Source: Actinomycetota bacterium (GTDB lineage: Bacteria; Actinomycetota; UBA4738; HRBIN12). Taken from it: 25,592 bases of DNA. Both the position numbers and the translations under genes were made by a program. The notes below the pieces were generated by a model. It had not been told where the DNA came from. It made no database searches and worked only from the letters and a program-made list of their open reading frames with translations. This document shows, one piece after another, positions 8,704 to 16,483 of the stretch. The stretch spans positions 1 through 25,592 of the forward strand of contig JBDTXD010000001.1 of assembly GCA_040006375.1 (NCBI GenBank). The letters run 5' to 3'. Positions within the stretch are counted from its first letter, which is position 1; every line of letters begins with the position of its first letter.

Positions 8704-8773
8704 GCCCCATCCTGTCTCGCGAGGGGTGCCCGAGGCAAGCGGTCGTCCGGAAGCCGCTTATCCTGCATCGATC

Positions 8774-9889
8774 ATGCTCATCGACATCCTGGCGTTCATC
8801 GGAGGGATCCTGCTGGTCGTGACCGCTTTGGATTCGGCCGTCAGGACGGTGCTGGTGCCCCGCGCGCTCCAGGCGTACCTCGCCCGAACCGTGTTCGTCA
8901 CGGTACGCCGCCTGTTCGGGCTGCGTACCGGTGCGCGGCACACATACGAACACAGGGACCGCGTGCTTGCGTTCTACGCGCCGTTCGCGCTGCTGACGCT
9001 CCTGGCCACGTGGCTGACGTTCGTGCTCGCCGGCTACACGTTCCTGTTCTTCGCGCTCGGGGTGCACCCGCTGCGCGAGGCGTTCCTTCTCTCCGGCTCG
9101 TCGGCGTTCACGCTTGGTTCCGCGACGCACAGCGGGCTCCCGGTCGCGGTGCTCGTGTTCAGCGAGGCCGCGATCGGCCTCATGCTGCTGGCGCTCCTCA
9201 TCACGTACCTGCCTAGCCTCTACTCCGCCTTCAGTAGGCGCGAGGTCGGCGTAACCAAACTCGAGGTCCGAGCGGGGCAACCGGCATCGGGCATCGTCCT
9301 GATCGAACGCGCCTGGCTGGTCGGACGGTTCGAAGATCTGAAGGCCTTCTGGCAGGACTGGGAGGACTGGTTCGCCGAGGTGGATGAGACCCACACCACG
9401 TACGGGACGCTGGTCTACTACCGCTCGCCGCACGGGAACCAGTCGTGGATCACCGCCGCGGGCGCGGTCTTGGACGGCGCCGCGCTCCTCGCGAGCTGCG
9501 TTGCGGTGCCGCCGACTCCGGAGCCACAGTTCACCATCCGCGCGGGTTTTCTCTGTCTGGTGCACATCGCGCAGTTCTTCCACCAGCCCGTGAACATCGA
9601 TCCCGCGCCCACCGACCCGATCTCGGTGACACGCGAGGAATTCGACGCGGCGTTCGACCAGCTCGAGGCCGCCGGCGTGCCCATGAAGGCCGATCGCGAG
9701 CAGGCGTGGCGAGACTTCGCGGGCTGGCGGGTGAACTACGACCAGGCGCTCATCAGCATCTGCAGGATGACCTTCGCTCCGCCAGCTCTGTGGTCATCGG
9801 ACCGCTACCCCGACGAGCATTACAAGCCGACCTACTTCCCCAAACGAAGGGAACGCAGACGCGAGGAGACTGAGGCGCAGAGGCGATAA
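8774..9889 (+). CDS. Membrane protein, potassium-channel-like family with non-canonical pore loop
   Basis: Hydrophobic helices flank SGSSAFTLGSA. ITYLPSLYSAFSRRE follows, then a soluble C-terminal domain (ETHTTYGTLVYYRS..QSW). ATG8774 chosen at the first hydrophobic helix. Confidence 0.65.
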   Translation: MLIDILAFIGGILLVVTALDSAVRTVLVPRALQAYLARTVFVTVRRLFGLRTGARHTYEHRDRVLAFYAPFALLTLLATWLTFVLAGYTFLFFALGVHPLREAFLLSGSSAFTLGSATHSGLPVAVLVFSEAAIGLMLLALLITYLPSLYSAFSRREVGVTKLEVRAGQPASGIVLIERAWLVGRFEDLKAFWQDWEDWFAEVDETHTTYGTLVYYRSPHGNQSWITAAGAVLDGAALLASCVAVPPTPEPQFTIRAGFLCLVHIAQFFHQPVNIDPAPTDPISVTREEFDAAFDQLEAAGVPMKADREQAWRDFAGWRVNYDQALISICRMTFAPPALWSSDRYPDEHYKPTYFPKRRERRREETEAQRR

Positions 9890-10006
9890 CTAGCTGCTGC
9901 TGGACTTGCCGGACTTCTTCGCCTTCTTTGCTTCGCGCTTCTCTTTCAGGGTCGAAGACGCGGCTTTCTTATTGCCCTTCGATCCGCCCTTGTCCTTGCT
10001 AGCCAT
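9890..10006 (-). CDS. Small Lys-rich basic protein (38 aa), below the ORF-track cutoff
   Basis: MASKDKGGSKGNKKAASSTLKEKREAKKAKKSGKSSSS*. Purine-rich AAGGGGGCAGGT directly upstream. The stop abuts the stop of the convergent gene. Confidence 0.75.
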   Translation of the reverse strand: MASKDKGGSKGNKKAASSTLKEKREAKKAKKSGKSSSS

Positions 10007-10124
10007 ACCTGCCCCCTTGGGATCTAGAACGCTCCGAAGACTCTACCTCGCCGCACCGACGTGGGTACAGGGGATGCGGGCCTTAGTGCAACCTCGGCCT
10101 TCCCCGACCTTCGGCCGCCGTTAG

Positions 10125-10529
10125 TGTTCGATCACCTTTCTTGAGCTGGCGAGGCTGATGGACGAGACACTGCCTAGGTGGTGCAACGATCGGCCAGGGT
10201 GCTCCACGACGGCCTGGAGGGCTGGTTGATCGACGACGGCACGATGACCGAATTCCGTCCTTCATACGATCGCGTCCGCCCATTCAGGGACGCCTCATGA
10301 ACCTCGTAGACGCAACGGGCGCGGTCATCGCTCGTCAGGATGGCGACGATCGCGCGACCATTATCGCCGACATCTCCGGACTCAGGGCTGCAGAGGACAC
10401 CGTCTTCCGATTCCACATAGACCTCGACACAGGGATCGTCCTTCGGATAAGACCAACTGACTATTCGCTCGCCCTGGTGAGTCAACTTGTGAACTCGCCT
10501 CGGCGCGACGACGCGTGTAGGGTTGAGCG
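10125..10529 (+). pseudogene. Possible degraded or frameshifted hypothetical gene
   Basis: Successive short frames with GC-rich third positions (LELARLMDETLP / VLHDGLEGWLIDDG / MNLVDATG..HIDLDTGIVLR). No recognisable family. Confidence 0.25.
10518..10523 (+). promoter_or_regulatory. Putative -10 box (TAGGGT), leaderless start at 10530
   Basis: TANNNT 6 nt before the ATG. Confidence 0.5.
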
Positions 10530-11042
10530 ATGCGCACCGCGATGCTGGACGATGCCTTCAGCCATCATGTCTGGGCAACGCGGCGGTTGATCGGCGCGTG
10601 CGCCGAGCTCAGCCCGAAGCAACTGGAGACAAGTGTCCCAGGGACCTACGGCTCGATCGTCGAGACGCTGCGGCACCTCGTCGACACGGACGCGTGGTAC
10701 GCGTATCGCCTCAACGGCGAACCAAGCAGGTTCCTCAGCGCAGAAGCTTTTGGGTTTTCGGAGCTTCATGCAGCCATGGAAGGTGCTGCGACTGCATGGT
10801 CGCGCGTGCTCGCGACCGATCCCGATCCCGGCGCCCTGGTCGTCGGGATCGCTGACGACGGAACTGAGGTCTACTGGCCCACGAGCATCCGCGTCGCGCA
10901 GGCGCTACACCACGGGACCGATCATCGGAGTCAGATCTGCACGGCGCTCACCACGATCGGAGTTGTGCCGCCGGCGATCGACGTGTGGGACTTCGCCGAA
11001 CAAGATGGCAGGCTGGCGACGGTTCCGTCCCCGGCACCGTGA
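10530..11042 (+). CDS. DinB family protein
   Basis: HHVWATRRL, GTYGSIVETLRHLV and ALHHGTDHRSQICTALT give the His triad of the DinB/YfiT fold. Confidence 0.9.
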   Translation: MRTAMLDDAFSHHVWATRRLIGACAELSPKQLETSVPGTYGSIVETLRHLVDTDAWYAYRLNGEPSRFLSAEAFGFSELHAAMEGAATAWSRVLATDPDPGALVVGIADDGTEVYWPTSIRVAQALHHGTDHRSQICTALTTIGVVPPAIDVWDFAEQDGRLATVPSPAP

Positions 11043-11103
11043 GCGTCCGAAGCAACCGAGCGCGTTGCGCGCACGCCGGGACGTCGCGTGAACCTCGGAC
11101 GCG

Positions 11104-11994
11104 ATGACCCGCCGCCTCCTCCTGGATGTGTCGAGCCTCATGTACCGGGCGTTCTTCGCCCTCGGGGACACCATCGCCTCCCCCAAAGGCGAACCGATAG
11201 GTGCGGTGCACGGCTACCTGGATATGGTCGCTCGCCTGGTGGCGCAGCGGAAGCCCGCCGAGATCGTGCACGCCTACGACCACGACTGGCGACCCGTCGC
11301 GCGAACCGAGATCTACCCGGGTTACAAAGCCGGCCGAGCGGTCGATCCCGAGGGCCTGCCGGCCCAGTTCGAGGTGCTCAAGACGGTTCTCGAACGCACC
11401 GGCATGACCCAGATACAGACGCGTGGCTGGGAGGCTGAGGATGCGATCGGCGCCTTCTGCGCGGACGCCCGCCCGGACGACAGGTTCGAGATCGTGAGCG
11501 GTGATCGCGATCTGATCCAGCTGGTGCACGACCCCGAGATCAAGCTCCTCTTCACGGTCCGCGGTGTGTCGGACCTCTACGAGTTCGACGAGGCCGGGGT
11601 GCTGGCGAAATACGGGGTACCTGCGGCGAGGTATGTGGAGTTCGCCATATTGCGGGGGGATCCGAGCGACGCGCTCCCCGGCGTGAATGGCGTGGGCGAG
11701 AAGACCGCGTTCGCGCTGGTGCAGACCTACGGATCGTTGGACCTGATGTTGGAGGCCGCAGCCGGCGAACCGCAAGAGGGCCCGCTGGTCAAGCCTGCGC
11801 TGCGCGCCAAGCTCCTCGCCGCCGCCGACTACCTCCACGACATGGAGCGCCTCGTGCCGGTCAACATCGATGCTCCCCTGGACCTGTGGGGCGGCGAGCG
11901 CGACGACGGTGTGCTCAAGGAGCTGGCCGACGATCTCGGGATCCGGGGTCCGGTGCAGCGACTCCTGGCGGCGCTCGACAGCGTCGGGTCGTAG
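11104..11994 (+). CDS. 5'-3' exonuclease / flap endonuclease (standalone PolI N-terminal-like)
   Basis: LLLDVSSLMYRAFFA, YKAGR, EAEDAIG, IVSGDRDLIQLV and LRGDPSDALPGVNGVGEKTA (H3TH motif). Confidence 0.92.
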   Translation: MTRRLLLDVSSLMYRAFFALGDTIASPKGEPIGAVHGYLDMVARLVAQRKPAEIVHAYDHDWRPVARTEIYPGYKAGRAVDPEGLPAQFEVLKTVLERTGMTQIQTRGWEAEDAIGAFCADARPDDRFEIVSGDRDLIQLVHDPEIKLLFTVRGVSDLYEFDEAGVLAKYGVPAARYVEFAILRGDPSDALPGVNGVGEKTAFALVQTYGSLDLMLEAAAGEPQEGPLVKPALRAKLLAAADYLHDMERLVPVNIDAPLDLWGGERDDGVLKELADDLGIRGPVQRLLAALDSVGS

Positions 11995-11997
11995 GCT
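11992..11997 (+). promoter_or_regulatory. Putative -10 box (TAGGCT) overlapping the exonuclease stop
   Basis: TANNNT followed by a short leader with AAAGG before ATG12019. Confidence 0.35.
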
Positions 11998-12018
11998 GGG
12001 GGCTACGCGAGCGAAAGG

Positions 12019-12423
12019 ATGCCTGTGCCCGTACACGAACGCCGGCCCAACGAGGTTCTCGGCGGGTCGGTGACGATCGTGTCGGTAGAGCCCGGGCGAG
12101 AGGACGATGTGGCCGCGGCGATCGCGGCGATCCACGGCGATCCCGGCTCACCCACCATGGGAACGCTTCCGTTCGTCGTCTACGACAAGACGACCACGGA
12201 GAGAGCCGCGGACGCGGCGACAGCCCTTGAGGTCGCCGGGGCGCGAGTTACGGTGGAGGAAGTGTGGGTCACGCGCGAGATCGCACCCGATACCCGCCCG
12301 CGACCGGCGTGTCCGAACTGTGGCTCGACCAAGACCCAGCCGTTCACCTTCAGCGGATCCGGCGGGCGGGCGAACATGAAGTGCACCGCGTGCGGGCAGC
12401 TCTTCAAAGAACGCCACGCGTGA
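12019..12423 (+). CDS. Hypothetical protein: ribosomal bL12-CTD-like segment + C-terminal Zn ribbon
   Basis: LPFVVYDKTTTERAADAATALEVAGARVTVE resembles the bL12 C-terminal beta-alpha-beta pattern. CPNC...CTAC zinc ribbon. AAAGG SD. Confidence 0.7.
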   Translation: MPVPVHERRPNEVLGGSVTIVSVEPGREDDVAAAIAAIHGDPGSPTMGTLPFVVYDKTTTERAADAATALEVAGARVTVEEVWVTREIAPDTRPRPACPNCGSTKTQPFTFSGSGGRANMKCTACGQLFKERHA

Positions 12424-13031
12424 GGGAACGTTCCGCGGAACGGTTCGAGATCGGCGCCGCCGCAGGGGTTGCGGGTCCGTGCGTGTTCCTGCTTGTCGCG
12501 TTCTCCATGGCCTTCCTCCGCCGCGATGTCATCCAGGTCGAGGGGTGGGTGAGCTGGCCGAGCAGCATGGCGATCGGCGGTTTGGCGGGGACGCCGCAGA
12601 TCCTCGCGTTCCTCACGCTGGCGTCCTGTTATCCGCTCTTCGCGTGGTGGGCGCTCCGTCCCGCGTTGGGAACCGGCGTCGTCGCGTTCACGGTGATCGC
12701 CGCAGGTGAACTCTGCTTGGCGTTCCCGACCGACGCGCGGGGCCACGGACACAGCTGGCATGGGACGGTGCATCTGATCGGCGTCCTGGTGGTCACGGCG
12801 GCGACGGCCCTCGCCTCGGCGCAGATCAGCGCCGCCACGTGGAAGCGGTCGTCCTGGCGCGCGTGGCGTCTGGTGGGCGTGCCGAGCATCGCGGCCGGTG
12901 TGGTGGTTGGCGCCGTGGCCGGGTTCGGCTCGGCGTGGGCGAAAGTGTTCTTCGTGCTCGCGATCACCCTCCCCATCCCGCTCCTGGCTCGGCTCGTCTC
13001 TCGCGATGGAGCAACCGCGGCCATCGGCTAG
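12420..13031 (+). CDS. DUF998-like membrane protein
   Basis: About 5 hydrophobic helices and FPTD...SWHGTVH. GTG12420 overlaps the upstream stop (GTGA). Confidence 0.65.
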   Translation: MRERSAERFEIGAAAGVAGPCVFLLVAFSMAFLRRDVIQVEGWVSWPSSMAIGGLAGTPQILAFLTLASCYPLFAWWALRPALGTGVVAFTVIAAGELCLAFPTDARGHGHSWHGTVHLIGVLVVTAATALASAQISAATWKRSSWRAWRLVGVPSIAAGVVVGAVAGFGSAWAKVFFVLAITLPIPLLARLVSRDGATAAIG

Positions 13032-13034
13032 CCT
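13029..13034 (+). promoter_or_regulatory. Putative -10 box (TAGCCT), leaderless start at 13042
   Basis: TANNNT 7 nt before the ATG. Its TAG is the upstream gene's stop. Confidence 0.55.
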
Positions 13035-13041
13035 CTCGGCC

Positions 13042-13941
13042 ATGTCGGCCGGACGTCCCCTACGAGTCGGAGTGCAGCTCCCTGAGGTGGAGCGTGAGGT
13101 CCGCTGGCCCGAGTACGTCGCGATGGCGCTCGCCGGGGAGGAAGTTGGGTTCGATTCGGTGTGGGTTGGCGATCACTACCTCTACCGCGATGAGACCGGG
13201 CGCGAACGCGGCCCGTGGGAAGCGTGGACGACGCTGGCCGCGTTGGCACAGGCCACCGAGCGCGTGGAGCTCGGACCCCTGGTCGCATGTGCGGGGTTCC
13301 ATCGACCGGTCGTTCTGGCCAAGCTGGCGGCATCGGTGGACGAGATCAGTAGGGGCAGACTCCGGTTCGGGATCGGGGCGGGATGGAACCGGGCCGAGTT
13401 CGATGCGCTTGGAGCGCCCTACGACCTTCGGGTCACCCGGTTCGAAGAGGCGTTCGACGTCATCCGGCGGCTTCTGGCAGGCGAGCACGTCACGTCAGAT
13501 GGACGGTTCGGTTCCGTGAGCGACGCGGCGCTCCTCCCTGCTCCGGCGCGGCGGCTGCCGCTCATGATCGGGAGCAACAGCGATCGGATGCTGGCCGCGG
13601 CACTTCCCCACGTCGATGCCTGGAACACCTGGTTCGATGGATACGGGAACACCGCGACGGGGTTCCGCTCGCTGAACGAACGCATCTCGGCGGCCTGCGA
13701 ACGTGCCGGTCGCGATCCGGGGACCGTGAGGCGCAGCGCCTGCGTGCTGATCCGGCTCGACCCCGCCTCGGCTGAGCGCCCCAACGACCCTCCCGCGATC
13801 GATGGGCCGATAGGCGCCATCGCGGACACACTGCGGGGGTTCGCCGATGCCGGAGCGGGCGAGGTCATCCTGGTGCTGGATCCGATCACCGAAGCATCCA
13901 TCCGAACGCTCGGCGAGGTACTCGCGGTCCTGGACCGCTAA
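13042..13941 (+). CDS. LLM class (luciferase-like) flavin/F420-dependent oxidoreductase
   Basis: GFDSVWVGDH, EAWTTLAALAQATERVELGPLV, LAKLAASVDEISRGRLRFGIGAGW and LPLMIG. Confidence 0.9.
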   Translation: MSAGRPLRVGVQLPEVEREVRWPEYVAMALAGEEVGFDSVWVGDHYLYRDETGRERGPWEAWTTLAALAQATERVELGPLVACAGFHRPVVLAKLAASVDEISRGRLRFGIGAGWNRAEFDALGAPYDLRVTRFEEAFDVIRRLLAGEHVTSDGRFGSVSDAALLPAPARRLPLMIGSNSDRMLAAALPHVDAWNTWFDGYGNTATGFRSLNERISAACERAGRDPGTVRRSACVLIRLDPASAERPNDPPAIDGPIGAIADTLRGFADAGAGEVILVLDPITEASIRTLGEVLAVLDR

Positions 13942-14855
13942 ACCCTGGTCAGCTCCATCGACAGCTCCCCGGACAGGGTTCCCGTCCCGTCGCCGGTCAG
14001 TACCGACTTCGGGAAGCCGTGCAGCGCCAGCCGGATGGAGTAGGTGCCGCGCGACACCGTCTTCAGCAGCGAACCGGTCGCGGGGTCGACCCACGACGTC
14101 GTGGTCGTGTCCGTCAACGAACCGGAGTAGGAGGCGCTCGCGGCGGCGGGGACCTGAGACACGGGCAACGACAACACATCGTCAAGAGCCGACACCTTCA
14201 CGGTGACGTCGACGGGCACGGTCGCGCGGGTCTCGATGACGGCGGCATCCACGCCGTCCAGCATCTCCCGCCGAAGGAACTGACTCGTGCTTGCGTACGA
14301 GAGTGCCGAGCCCCAGAACGCCTGCGAGGCCTGGGTGCGCCAGATGTCGCCCTCCGCGACTGGGTGTCCGGGAAGGAACGCCATGGGGCGTGCGATCCCC
14401 GCCTGCGCAGGGCCGGGTGCGCCGCCCGAAAAGAGGTTCACTCCGGTGGACGCCCGCACCTGTCCGTCTGCGCCGATCTTGATCTTCGTCGGTGGGAGGT
14501 CGGACAACGTGGTGGGCAACCCGTTCGTCGTCATGGTGGGATCGCTCACCGTCTGCACCACCAGTGCGGTGCCTGAGGGATCGACGGTCACCACGCGCCA
14601 TGTGACGTCGGCCTGGATCTCATCCTCGGCCGGTCGCGGGGACGTACCCGACAATGTCACCCCGCTCACGTTCATGATCATGTGGAACCGGAGCGTCTCT
14701 CCGGGCTTGAACGTGACGTCGACGGACACGGCAGGCGGTGGCCTGAGGAAGAGGAAGGCCCCGGCCGCGAGCCCGGCGAGCAGAACCGCCAACACCGGCG
14801 CGAGCGCGAGGACCCCGCGATGGGATCCGCGCGGCTGGACCTCCTGCTCGCTCAC
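13938..14855 (-). CDS. Hypothetical membrane-anchored extracytoplasmic protein
   Basis: One N-terminal hydrophobic helix (VLALAPVLAVLLAGLAAGAFLFL), then a Thr/Val/Ser beta-rich domain. TAGCAT box 6 nt upstream of the GTG. Confidence 0.7.
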   Translation of the reverse strand: MSEQEVQPRGSHRGVLALAPVLAVLLAGLAAGAFLFLRPPPAVSVDVTFKPGETLRFHMIMNVSGVTLSGTSPRPAEDEIQADVTWRVVTVDPSGTALVVQTVSDPTMTTNGLPTTLSDLPPTKIKIGADGQVRASTGVNLFSGGAPGPAQAGIARPMAFLPGHPVAEGDIWRTQASQAFWGSALSYASTSQFLRREMLDGVDAAVIETRATVPVDVTVKVSALDDVLSLPVSQVPAAASASYSGSLTDTTTTSWVDPATGSLLKTVSRGTYSIRLALHGFPKSVLTGDGTGTLSGELSMELTRV

Positions 14856-14861
14856 CCGGCG

Positions 14862-14867
14862 ATGCTA
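14862..14867 (-). promoter_or_regulatory. Putative -10 box (TAGCAT), leaderless start at 14855
   Basis: TANNNT 6 nt before the GTG. Its TAG is the DEAD-box gene's stop. Confidence 0.55.
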
Positions 14868-16121
14868 CCGCCGGCGACGGCCTTGGGACTGACGCCCCTG
14901 GGGCTTGCGACGGCCGTCATTGCGAACATCCTTCGGTCCCTGCTGCGGGCGCTGCGCTCGCATCCCTGCATCCTCGAACTCGGCGTGGAGTTCGAGCGTT
15001 CGAGCCATCGCGCGGACGTCACCGTGCTGTTCGGGTGTCACGAACGTGATCCCCGTTCCGGAGCGGCCGGCACGAGCCGTACGGCCGACGCGGTGAACGT
15101 AGGCCTTGTCATCCTCGGGCGGGTCGAAGTTGATGACGTGTGTGATGGCCTCCAGGTCCAACCCGCGAGCCGCGACATCGGTCGCAACCAATACGTCGTT
15201 GGCACCGGAGGCGAAGTGGCCGAGCGCCCGCTCGCGCTGGGGCTGGCTCATCCCGCCGTGCAGCGCTCCCGCGCGGAACCCTTGCGTCTTCAGGTTCTTG
15301 GCCAGCCGGTCCGCTCCGCGCTGCGTGCGAACGAAGATCAGGGTGAGACCTCGATCGGCGGCGAGTTCGCGAACCAGGGCGGCGGTCTTCTTCGGGTGCT
15401 CGACACCGATGAACCGGTGGGCGGCCGTGGAGATCGTCGGCGAGTCGTCGGCCACCTCGTGCATAGCCGGCTGGTACGTGAAGCGCTTGGCAAGCCGGCC
15501 GACCTCACCGTCGAGCGTGGCGCTGAACAGCATGGTCTGGCGTTCGTCGCGGAGTTGCTCCAGGATCCGCGTGACGTCGGGCAGGAACCCCATGTCTAGC
15601 ATGCGGTCGGCCTCGTCTAGGACACAGATCCTCACGCGATCGAGCCGGAGCAGCCGGCGGTTCACCAGGTCCAACAGGCGGCCGGGCGTGGCGATGAGGA
15701 TGTCGGCGTGCCGCGCGCGCTTGGCCTGCGCCTGGATGCCCACCCCGCCGTAGACCGATGCGATCTGCAGATGCTTCACATCGGCGATGGCGCGGAACTC
15801 TTCGGTCACCTGGCTCGCAAGCTCGCGCGTGGGTGTCATGACCAGCGCGGTGGGCGAACGGGTGTCGTGCATCAACTGTTCGACGATCGGGACCGCGAAC
15901 GCGAGGGTCTTGCCGGATCCGGTACGCGACTTGGCGAGCACGTCCCGGCCGGCGATGGCGTCCTCGAGCACGAGCGACTGGATGGCGAACGTCTCAGCGA
16001 TGCCGCGCATGCGTAGCGCTTCGACAACCTGAGCGGAAACACCGAGGTCGGCGAACGGCCGGCCCGGCATCTCATGGGTGGTGCGGGCAGTGTCGAACGC
16101 TGCCGCGGTGGAACTGGTCAT
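14865..16121 (-). CDS. DEAD-box ATP-dependent RNA helicase (RhlE/CshA-like)
   Basis: Q motif FAIQ, RTGSGKT, PTRELA, TPGRL, DEAD, SAT, ATDVAARGLD and HRVGRTARAG, plus a short Arg-rich tail. AGGAG SD 8 nt upstream. Confidence 0.95.
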   Translation of the reverse strand: MTSSTAAAFDTARTTHEMPGRPFADLGVSAQVVEALRMRGIAETFAIQSLVLEDAIAGRDVLAKSRTGSGKTLAFAVPIVEQLMHDTRSPTALVMTPTRELASQVTEEFRAIADVKHLQIASVYGGVGIQAQAKRARHADILIATPGRLLDLVNRRLLRLDRVRICVLDEADRMLDMGFLPDVTRILEQLRDERQTMLFSATLDGEVGRLAKRFTYQPAMHEVADDSPTISTAAHRFIGVEHPKKTAALVRELAADRGLTLIFVRTQRGADRLAKNLKTQGFRAGALHGGMSQPQRERALGHFASGANDVLVATDVAARGLDLEAITHVINFDPPEDDKAYVHRVGRTARAGRSGTGITFVTPEQHGDVRAMARTLELHAEFEDAGMRAQRPQQGPKDVRNDGRRKPQGRQSQGRRRR

Positions 16122-16194
16122 ACGGGCACTCCTAAGGATCGTGGTGCGAGGGACTCACGCGCGGTTTGGCGAAGTCGTGAACGACGCTGCTGGG

Positions 16195-16395
16195 CTAGGA
16201 GCCGTCAGCGGGTACGTCGACGACGATGTCCTCTTCGACCGCGATCTGAGCGAACCCGTCGTCCGTCTGCTCAGGGAGGATGCCGTTGGCACGGTCGTCG
16301 CGCCGTTGGTTCCGGGCTAGGCGTAGCTCCTCGCGGGCGGCGGCCTTGTTGGCCTTCACCTCACGACGCTGTCGCTTTCCCATACTGTCAGGCAC
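16195..16395 (-). CDS. Small hypothetical protein (66 aa), basic N-terminus and acidic C-terminus
   Basis: GKRQRREVKANKAAAREELRLARNQRR followed by an acidic tail. TACGCT box 6 nt upstream. An alternative ATG lies at 16383. Confidence 0.7.
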   Translation of the reverse strand: MPDSMGKRQRREVKANKAAAREELRLARNQRRDDRANGILPEQTDDGFAQIAVEEDIVVDVPADGS

Positions 16396-16401
16396 GCACC
16401 T

Positions 16402-16407
16402 AGCGTA
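16402..16407 (-). promoter_or_regulatory. Putative -10 box (TACGCT), leaderless start at 16395
   Basis: TANNNT 6 nt before the GTG. Confidence 0.5.
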
Positions 16408-16483
16408 CGCGAAACGACAAGGGCCGCGACGGATGCGGGAGTGGGAGCGCCCTCGCCCAGGAAGTGCGACCCGGCAGAACGCG

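Noticed and set aside
7069-9216. 715-aa plus-strand ORF
   Set aside because: It lies antisense to the well-supported amidohydrolase and has no motifs. It is a typical shadow ORF of GC-rich DNA.
10124-10135. GTG-TTCGAT-CAC, T-loop-like motif suggesting a tRNA
   Set aside because: Only a 3-bp stem, with no D arm, anticodon arm or acceptor stem that I could fold.
10174-10485. 103-aa minus-strand ORF
   Set aside because: It starts at TTG/GTG-type context with no SD or -10 box and has no motifs. The plus-strand frames show better codon bias.
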